DNA of 64,000 bases from Chloroflexota bacterium (GTDB lineage Bacteria > Chloroflexota > Dehalococcoidia > Bin125). Below the pieces are notes generated by a model. It was not told the origin of the DNA. It made no database searches and was given only the letters and a program-made list of their open reading frames with translations. Position numbers and translations under genes: made by a program. Of this stretch, positions 57,983 to 64,000 are shown piece by piece. Location of the stretch: positions 11,332 to 75,331 of the forward strand of contig VXQZ01000052.1 of assembly GCA_009838735.1 (NCBI GenBank), in the 5' to 3' direction. Every line of letters begins with the position of its first letter. The first letter of the stretch is position 1.

Positions 57983-59227
57983 TCATCTTAGCAGCGAGGG
58001 ATCGATCTTTACCCGCCGCGGACCTCGGGGACTGGCCGCTCGAACGCGCATCCTGGACAGGGTGTCGATGCCTTCTGAAGTGCGTTGTCCCGACGACATG
58101 ACTTGCTGCAGGACGGGATCGGCGTCCGGCGGCCGCTCATCGAATCGTGCAATCAGGTCCTGGTCAGCCAGCCGCCAGACCTGCTTGCGGTGGCCGATGC
58201 TGGGTTTGCCGGGCGAGCGCTTGGCGACAGGCTTCCCGTCGTACTCGACCATCTTGTAGGCGGAGTCGAGCGTCGCCGCGTCGGGCGGGGCGACGATGCT
58301 GGTGCCGCAGGCGAAGATGTCGATTGGCGCGTTGGCGCCGACCAGCTCCGCGATCCGGTATTCGTCGAGGCCGCCGCTGGCGACGATCCGCACGTCCGAC
58401 AAGCCGGCGGTGTCGAGTTTGATCCGCGCCTGCCACGATTCGTCGCGCAGGTTGCCGGAGTCGATCCGGATGGCGCCGACCGAGCCGGGGCCGTGTTTCC
58501 TCGCGGTTCTGATTGCATTGGTGACGCCGTCCGGGGTGTCGAAGGTGTCAACCAGCAGCGTGGTTGCGGGGTAGCGGGCGACGAATGCGTCGAACGCGGA
58601 GGCCTCGTCAGCCTCGGCCAGGACGAGGCTGTGGGCCATCGTGCCGGTGACCGGGAGGTCGTAGCGTCGGCCCGCCTCGACCGACGAAGTCGCTTCGAAT
58701 CCGGCGATGTAGGTCGCCCGCGACGCCTCGACCGCGGCCTCGGAGCCATGGGCCCGCCTGCCGCCGAATTCGATGACCGGACGACCGGCTGCCGCGTCGA
58801 CCGCGCGCGCCGCCTTGCTTGCCACCAGGGTCGGGTAGGCAATCTGGTTGATCAGCGCCGTCTCGACGATCTGCGCTTCCGGCAATGGAGCGATGACCTG
58901 GATCAGGGGTTCGTGCGGGCAGACGATCGTTCCCTCGGGCGGCGCCCAGACGTCGCCGGTGAATCGCAGGTTGCTGAGTTGGTTGAGGAATCGCCGGTCG
59001 AACTGCGGCAACGTGTTGAGGAAGGCCAGATCTTCATCGCTGAAATGCAGATCCTCGAGGAAGGCGAGCGCCCGATCCAGACCGGCCGCGATCAGATAGT
59101 CCCAGTTCTCCGGCAGCTCGCGGACGGTCAGCTCGAACACTGCCTGAGCGGTCATGGCGCGCTCGTAGTAGACCTGCGCCATGGTCAGTTCGTAGAGGTC
59201 GACGAAGAGGGCGGAGGGCGTGCTCAC
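57983..59227 (-). CDS. pncB: nicotinate phosphoribosyltransferase
   Basis: GTG start. 'LFVDLYELTMAQVYY' and 'SGGLDEYRI' are typical of NAPRTase. Confidence 0.85.
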   Translation of the reverse strand: MSTPSALFVDLYELTMAQVYYERAMTAQAVFELTVRELPENWDYLIAAGLDRALAFLEDLHFSDEDLAFLNTLPQFDRRFLNQLSNLRFTGDVWAPPEGTIVCPHEPLIQVIAPLPEAQIVETALINQIAYPTLVASKAARAVDAAAGRPVIEFGGRRAHGSEAAVEASRATYIAGFEATSSVEAGRRYDLPVTGTMAHSLVLAEADEASAFDAFVARYPATTLLVDTFDTPDGVTNAIRTARKHGPGSVGAIRIDSGNLRDESWQARIKLDTAGLSDVRIVASGGLDEYRIAELVGANAPIDIFACGTSIVAPPDAATLDSAYKMVEYDGKPVAKRSPGKPSIGHRKQVWRLADQDLIARFDERPPDADPVLQQVMSSGQRTSEGIDTLSRMRVRAASPRGPRRVKIDPSLLR

Positions 59228-59237
59228 TGATCGAACG

Positions 59238-59825
59238 TTATTCGATCACGGCGCCTGCTTCGCTCATCGCCGTCAGGGCCGCATCGCCGCCAGCGGGCTG
59301 CAGATTGACCGCCGCGACCGAGTTGCTGGGGACCAGTACCTCGAACCCCTGGCGGCAGGCATCGAGAACGGTCTCCTTGACGCAGTAGTCCGTCGCCAGG
59401 CCCACCACGACGCACCGTTCAATCTCGGCCTCAAGCAATATGTCCTCCAAATCGGTCGCTCGCTCGTCGCCGCTTTGCGGGTCGCGTGTCGTGAATCCCG
59501 AGTAGCCGTCGTTGCCGTCGACGCCCTTGCGTACTACGGGTCCCGCATCTGAGATCAGTTCGTCGTGGAACCCAGCGCCCCAGGTGTGGCCGACGCAGTG
59601 GACCGGCCAGATGCCGCCGTCTTTCTCAAAGTGGGGGGTGTCGGCTGGGTGCCAGTCCTGGGTGTAGACGACCAGGGCGCCGGCCTCGGTCGCCTCGGCG
59701 ATCGCGCGATTGGCGTTGGCGACGACCTGTTCTGCGCCGCTCACGTAGAGCGAACCATCCGGGTGCGCGAAGTCGTTCTGGATGTCAACGACGATCAGCG
59801 CGGTCTGCGGGTCGTAGGCGGGCAC
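59238..59825 (-). CDS. pncA: nicotinamidase/pyrazinamidase (isochorismatase fold)
   Basis: GTG start. 'ALIVVDIQNDFAHPDG' and 'VVGLATDYCV'. Confidence 0.85.
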   Translation of the reverse strand: MPAYDPQTALIVVDIQNDFAHPDGSLYVSGAEQVVANANRAIAEATEAGALVVYTQDWHPADTPHFEKDGGIWPVHCVGHTWGAGFHDELISDAGPVVRKGVDGNDGYSGFTTRDPQSGDERATDLEDILLEAEIERCVVVGLATDYCVKETVLDACRQGFEVLVPSNSVAAVNLQPAGGDAALTAMSEAGAVIE

Positions 59826-59848
59826 TGGGAAGTGTCAGAGGGGGGGGT

Positions 59849-59922
<74 letters not shown>

Positions 59923-59943
59923 TGGTGCGCAGGTGCGTTGTTG

Positions 59944-60018
59944 TGGAGCGGAAGAAGGGATTCGAACCCTCGACCTTCTCCTTGGCAAGGAGACGCGCTA
60001 CCGCTGCGCCACTTCCGC
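59944..60018 (-). tRNA. tRNA-Gly (anticodon GCC), CCA encoded
   Basis: Reverse complement GCGGAAG-TG-GCGC..GCGC-G-TCTCC-TTGCCAA-GGAGA-AGGTC-GAGGG-TTCGAAT-CCCTT-CTTCCGC-TCCA. Confidence 0.9.
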
Positions 60019-60094
60019 TCGCCGGAACAGCATAATGCCGCTCAGCCAGGCCATTGTACCGTCAAATGGCTCCGACTGGCGCCGTTCGCTGCGT

Positions 60095-60182
60095 TGGTGC
60101 CGAGGAGAGGACTCGAACCTCCACGCCCGCAATGGGCACAGCGCCCTCAACGCTGCGTGTCTACCAGTTCCACCACCTCGGC
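60095..60182 (-). tRNA. tRNA-Leu (anticodon GAG), long variable arm, CCA encoded
   Basis: Reverse complement GCCGAGG-TG-GTGGAACTGGTAGACAC-G-CAGCG-TTGAGGG-CGCTG-(variable arm TGCCCATTGCGGGCG)-TGGAGG-TTCGAGT-CCTCT-CCTCGGC-ACCA. Confidence 0.85.
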
Positions 60183-60200
60183 ATGGCTGGTGGGTTGCTC

Positions 60201-60277
60201 TGGCAGGGGTGGCAGGACTCGAACCCGCGACCTACGGTTTTGGAGACCGTTGCTCTGCCAAACTGAGCTACACCCCT
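60201..60277 (-). tRNA. tRNA-Trp (anticodon CCA), CCA encoded
   Basis: Reverse complement AGGGGTG-TA-GCTC..GAGC-A-ACGGT-CTCCAAA-ACCGT-AGGTC-GCGGG-TTCGAGT-CCTGC-CACCCCT-GCCA. Confidence 0.9.
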
Positions 60278-60381
60278 CCGTAAACACTGAGCATAGCAGC
60301 TAGTCGAGTCCTCTCGATGCCCGCCTGAAGGAACTGGCGGGCCTATTCTGCAAGCAGACATTGCAGAGGAGGATTCGCATC

Positions 60382-60705
60382 ATGCTGGACCTGAACTCCG
60401 AGATTGAAGACGGCGTCCTTGTGCTGCACCCGACCGGCAGAATCGATGGCGCGACCGCGAAGGCCTACGAAGAGACTCTGCTTGATCGGATCGCCAACGG
60501 CCACACGAAGATTGTGATGAACTGCGAGGCTGTGGAATACGTTTCCTCGGCCGGCCTCCGCGTGTTGCTGATGGCCTCACGGCGCGCCGAGAAGCTGGTT
60601 CTCTGTTCCGTGCGCGACACCGTCAACGATGTGTTCAAGTTCTCGGGATTCGCCGAGATCATTCCGATTCATGGCGATCGCGAAGCCGCCATGGAGGCGT
60701 TCTAG
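60382..60705 (+). CDS. STAS-domain anti-sigma-factor antagonist
   Basis: ATG at 60382 after GAGGAGG. 'VLVLHPTGRIDGATAKAYEETL' and 'VEYVSSAGLRVLLMA'. Confidence 0.8.
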   Translation: MLDLNSEIEDGVLVLHPTGRIDGATAKAYEETLLDRIANGHTKIVMNCEAVEYVSSAGLRVLLMASRRAEKLVLCSVRDTVNDVFKFSGFAEIIPIHGDREAAMEAF

Positions 60706-60713
60706 GCCATTCG

Positions 60714-61439
60714 TCAATCCGGATCGTCGGACAGCGCTGCCTGGATCCGTTCGGGATAGTCGCCGACGATTCCGGTCACGCCCAGCTCAATGCAGTGCCT
60801 GATGTCTACGCGCTCGTTGACCGTCCAGACGAATGCTGCCATGTCGTGAGTCCGGCAGGCGGCCACATTGCTGGCGGTGAGGCCGGATCCATGCATGGAT
60901 ATGCCGTCGAGCCGATGCTCGGCGGCGATCTGCCAGATGTCGGGCGTCGGTGCGACGCAGAGATGAGCGATGCGTCGGCCGCGCGGTGCGCGTCGGGATA
61001 GCTCGATCACGGTTTCGGCGTCGAAGCTCCAGAGCCAGATCCAGGGCAGTGCGCCGGCGCGATCGATTTCGGCGAGCACAGCATCACAGAGTGCGGGCAC
61101 GTCAGCGTGGGGTGAGATCTTGAGTTCCGCAACGAGCAGCATCTGTCCGTCGACCAGCTGCAGTGCGTCGCGAAGGGACGGCACCGGTTCGCCTTCGCCG
61201 GCGTTCAGCCGCTGGAGTTCGGCGTAGGTCCTGTTGGCGAGCGGTCCGGTTGCGTTTGTAGTCCGTTGTAGCTCGTCGTCGTGAAACAGCACCGGGACGC
61301 CGTCCGCGCTGAGTTGTACGTCAACCTCGACTCCATCGCAACGCATGTGGAGTCCCTGGCGAATGCCCATCAGCGTGTTTTCCGGCGCGTGCCCCATCGT
61401 GGCTCGGTGAGCGATGACCAGCGGAGTATCGTGAGACAT
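60714..61439 (-). CDS. glycerophosphodiester phosphodiesterase family protein
   Basis: ATG at 61439. 'PLVIAHRATMGHAPENTLMGI' and 'GVEVDVQLSADGVPVLFHD'. Confidence 0.8.
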   Translation of the reverse strand: MSHDTPLVIAHRATMGHAPENTLMGIRQGLHMRCDGVEVDVQLSADGVPVLFHDDELQRTTNATGPLANRTYAELQRLNAGEGEPVPSLRDALQLVDGQMLLVAELKISPHADVPALCDAVLAEIDRAGALPWIWLWSFDAETVIELSRRAPRGRRIAHLCVAPTPDIWQIAAEHRLDGISMHGSGLTASNVAACRTHDMAAFVWTVNERVDIRHCIELGVTGIVGDYPERIQAALSDDPD

Positions 61440-61476
61440 CGGCGATCTCGTTTGCGGTTCTTCACTAGGGATAGCG

Positions 61477-62295
61477 ATGCGGAACGAGGATATCGCCGAG
61501 ATCTTCAATGCCAGCGGGCGTGACTACGAGTCCTCGGCGAGCGAGCTGATCAATCTGTCCGCTTCGATGCTGGTCGAGCGGTTGCAGTTGTCGACCAGCG
61601 ACGACCTGGTTGACCTGGGCTGTGGCAGCGGCGCGCTGATTTCCCACTCCGAGCAGCGACTGACCAACGGGAGCGCGATCGGAATCGATCTGTCTCGCGT
61701 CCAGTTGGAACTGGCACGTGAGCGGTTCAGGCTGTCGCCGCTGGAACCGCGCTTCATCCAGGAAGACGCCTCGGCCAGCAGCCTGGACAATCGGTCGGTC
61801 GATGCAGTCGGCCTCGGGCTCGTGCTGCCCTACGTCGAGCGACCGCAGCAGTTGTTGAAGGAAGCGACCCGTTTGACGCGGCTCGGAGGTCGCGTCGCAG
61901 CGACCGTGATCGGCGCGCCATTCTTCGGAGCGCCGGGGACCCGACTTCTCGGTCTGCTGGAACGCCGCGGCGTCGCCTGGCCCGAAGTGGAGTTGCAGTT
62001 TGATCCTCGAGAGGCCGTCCGGCTTGCCCTGCTCTGCGACGTCGATGGCCGTCGCCTGGACGACGTCACGATCGAGGAGATTGAGCGGGAGTTCTGGTGG
62101 GACAGTTTCGACGAGTGGTGGCGAATGTTGCGGTTGTTCGGGTTTCTTCCCATTGGCCGTGATCGGGTGCTGGAGGGGATCGCGCGAGATCTGTGCGTGG
62201 ATGATCGCGTCGTCGATCCTGACGGCAAAGTCCGCTGCGCCGTCAAAATCTGGTTGCTCTCGGCGACCGTCAGTGAAGGAGATCCGTGGGTATGA
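61477..62295 (+). CDS. class I SAM-dependent methyltransferase
   Basis: Motif I 'LVDLGCGSGALI' and post-I 'GIDLS'. Confidence 0.75.
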   Translation: MRNEDIAEIFNASGRDYESSASELINLSASMLVERLQLSTSDDLVDLGCGSGALISHSEQRLTNGSAIGIDLSRVQLELARERFRLSPLEPRFIQEDASASSLDNRSVDAVGLGLVLPYVERPQQLLKEATRLTRLGGRVAATVIGAPFFGAPGTRLLGLLERRGVAWPEVELQFDPREAVRLALLCDVDGRRLDDVTIEEIEREFWWDSFDEWWRMLRLFGFLPIGRDRVLEGIARDLCVDDRVVDPDGKVRCAVKIWLLSATVSEGDPWV

Positions 62296-63302
62296 GTGCA
62301 GCCAAACGACGAATCTCCGTGAACCTGCCGTGGAATCCCGACTTTGTGGACACATTTGTCACCCGAGCGCGACTTGCCGATGAGATCGGCGTCGATACCA
62401 TCAGCGTGCTTGAGGGCTATGGACACGACGCCTTCACCGGGATGGCGCTGCTGGCTTATGAAACCGAAAAGGCGCGGATTGCATCGTCGATCGTCAACGT
62501 CTTCTCTCGGACTCCTGCGACTCTCGCTCAGAGCTTTGGCACGGTGGACCAGCTGTCCGGAGGACGGGTTGTGGTCGGGCTGGGGGCTAGTGCGCCGGGC
62601 GCGATCGAGCGCTTCCATGGGGTCAAGTTCGAGCGTCCCTTTGCCCGGATTCGGGAGACGGTCGAGCTGATCCGCCTGTACTGGTCGCGCGAGCGATTCA
62701 GTTACGAGGGTCCCACAATCCAGGTGGAGCGGGCCCTCGTCAGCGGCATGATTCCGGCCCAGCCGACTGCGCAGATCCATCTGGCAACCCTTAATCCCAC
62801 GTCGGTGAAGATGACTGCTGAGATCGCCGACGGCTGGATGCCGACCTGGATTCCCAACGATCGCGTGGGGGAATCTGTTGCCCAGGTCAAGCAGTGGTCG
62901 GTTGAGGCCGGCCGTCCGGCAGACGCCGTGGAAGCACGATCTCCTGGATCGGCAACCGTGTTGCTCGACGCCGAGCGGCAGGCCGAGATCGATCGCGGTT
63001 TCGCGCAAGGCTTGGCGTTTTTCGCCGTCAGAAACGGTCCCGGATACTTCCACCAGTTTGAGCGCCAGGGATTCGCCGAGGAGGTGGCGGCGATGCGCGA
63101 GGCGTGGCAGTCGGACGGCGTCGGCGCGGCGACCGAGATTGCGATGGAGATTGCGCGGAGGTTTTCGAAGCGGGGATCGCTGGAAGATTGCGCCGCTCAT
63201 CTTGATGAGCAATCGACGCTCGGCGTCGACCTGCACCAGGTGTCGATCGACACAGACGACGATCAGCGCTGGGCGGACGCTCTCGCCGACCTGGTCGGCT
63301 AA
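62292..63302 (+). CDS. LLM-class (luciferase-like) flavin/F420-dependent oxidoreductase
   Basis: The ATG at 62292 overlaps the methyltransferase TGA (ATGA). 'DEIGVDTISVLEGYGHDAFT' and 'LSGGRVVVGLGAS'. Confidence 0.85.
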   Translation: MSAAKRRISVNLPWNPDFVDTFVTRARLADEIGVDTISVLEGYGHDAFTGMALLAYETEKARIASSIVNVFSRTPATLAQSFGTVDQLSGGRVVVGLGASAPGAIERFHGVKFERPFARIRETVELIRLYWSRERFSYEGPTIQVERALVSGMIPAQPTAQIHLATLNPTSVKMTAEIADGWMPTWIPNDRVGESVAQVKQWSVEAGRPADAVEARSPGSATVLLDAERQAEIDRGFAQGLAFFAVRNGPGYFHQFERQGFAEEVAAMREAWQSDGVGAATEIAMEIARRFSKRGSLEDCAAHLDEQSTLGVDLHQVSIDTDDDQRWADALADLVG

Positions 63303-63389
63303 CGTCTTGCCAAACTTGTCGAGTAACGTTCACTGAGGAAACAACCCCGTCAGATTGAAAGCTCACCAGGAACATCGAAGGGACGACCA

Positions 63390-63920
63390 ATGGCAGATAC
63401 GAATCTGGCCGCTGCGCTGGCGAAGTTTACCGACCGCGTGCTGCGCTGGACGGCGCAGTCGATGGAGGACCTGAGTCAGGACGAGGTCCATTTCCGCACC
63501 TACGACGGACAGAACTGCATCGGGTTCGAGGCCTGGCACATCGCCCGCACCGCCGACAACCTGATCCACTTCGCCTTCGAGCGCGAACAACCGATCTGGA
63601 TGTCCAGGAACCTGTTTGAGGAGTGGGGCCTGCCCAAGGTCGACCAGGGCACCGGCACCAGCTACGACGAGGTATCCAGCTGGGTCTTCCCAGACGGGGC
63701 AACGATCGCCGGCTATCTGAACGATGTCGCCGACGTCATCGTGCCGCGCATCGCCGACATGACGCCCGAGTACCTCGACTCGATCACCCGCATCGTGCCG
63801 CAAGGCGAGCTGCCCAAGTGGGAGATCATCGGCCAGGTGATCATCAACCACTCGAACAACCACCTGGGGCAGATCAACGTGGGCCGCTCCATGCAGGGCA
63901 AAGAGGGACTCGGCTTCTAG
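63390..63920 (+). CDS. DinB-family (four-helix-bundle metal-binding) protein
   Basis: GAAGGGA upstream of the ATG. His triad context 'AWHIART' and 'INHSNNHLGQI'. Confidence 0.75.
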   Translation: MADTNLAAALAKFTDRVLRWTAQSMEDLSQDEVHFRTYDGQNCIGFEAWHIARTADNLIHFAFEREQPIWMSRNLFEEWGLPKVDQGTGTSYDEVSSWVFPDGATIAGYLNDVADVIVPRIADMTPEYLDSITRIVPQGELPKWEIIGQVIINHSNNHLGQINVGRSMQGKEGLGF

Positions 63921-63941
63921 CCGGCACTTCCTGTACCACTC

Positions 63942-64000
63942 ATGACCCAGACCGACGACACCAATCTCGTTCAGCCGATCTCCCTGACCGAGCAGGTGGC
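63942..64000 (+). CDS. 5' end of an unidentified CDS running off the window
   Basis: ATG at 63942 ('MTQTDDTNLVQPISLTEQV...') stays open to the window edge. It is too short to classify. Confidence 0.25.
   Translation, partial: MTQTDDTNLVQPISLTEQV

Noticed and set aside
57150-59230. 369-aa and 381-aa plus-strand ORFs opposite sir and pncB
   Set aside because: They are antisense to genes with strong family motifs and have no motifs of their own.
60019-60094. The 76-nt gap between tRNA-Leu and tRNA-Gly as a degenerate fifth tRNA
   Set aside because: It is about the right length, but it has no T-loop (GTTCRANNC), no acceptor-stem complementarity and no cloverleaf that I could fold.
61830-63236. 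468-aa minus-strand ORF opposite the methyltransferase and LLM oxidoreductase
   Set aside because: It spans two well-supported plus-strand genes. It is Arg/Ser/Pro-rich and is a shadow ORF.

Overview
G+C-rich bacterial chromosomal window (composition judged by eye, not computed), densely coding on both strands. I call about 65 CDS and 6 tRNA genes. I see no rRNA, CRISPR array, transposase, integrase or phage genes. The dominant theme is CoA-ester and organic-acid catabolism: seven class III (CaiB/BaiF/Frc-type) CoA-transferase domains in six ORFs, a split MaoC hydratase pair, two crotonases, an SDR, an SCP-x-type thiolase with its DUF35 partner, two D-2-hydroxyacid dehydrogenases, HpcH aldolase, an Ldh2-family dehydrogenase, an LLM/F420-type oxidoreductase, glycolate oxidase glcDEF and several MFS transporters. 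Housekeeping genes are interspersed: gltB, pyrD, two cyclophilins, an Mrp/ApbC-like ATPase, HtrA, TrmH, pncA/pncB/pncC, PhoX and a sulfite/nitrite reductase. The paralogue expansion pattern resembles what is described for marine SAR202/Dehalococcoidia-type Chloroflexota, but that assignment is inference only. The best candidates for something new are listed here. (1) The class III CoA-transferases occur as two translationally coupled gene pairs plus one tandem gene fusion. In each case a unit lacking the canonical catalytic Asp precedes a canonical unit, which suggests obligate heteromeric or pseudo-heterodimeric enzymes. (2) A more A/T-rich two-gene module (GIY-YIG/DUF4357-like nuclease plus an overlapping protein with an acidic tail) sits 13 bp from a HEAT-repeat/SpoU methyltransferase fusion and is followed by a G-poor, CA-rich spacer. 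(3) An ~80-bp array of motifs is phased at exactly 10 bp inside a 472-bp untranslated spacer upstream of trmH. (4) A REP-like palindromic element occurs in three copies, always in the same orientation relative to transcription. (5) A four-tRNA cluster ends 23 nt before a GTG-initiated pncA that has no Shine-Dalgarno sequence. All functional calls rest on motifs read from the supplied translations. No database search was possible.
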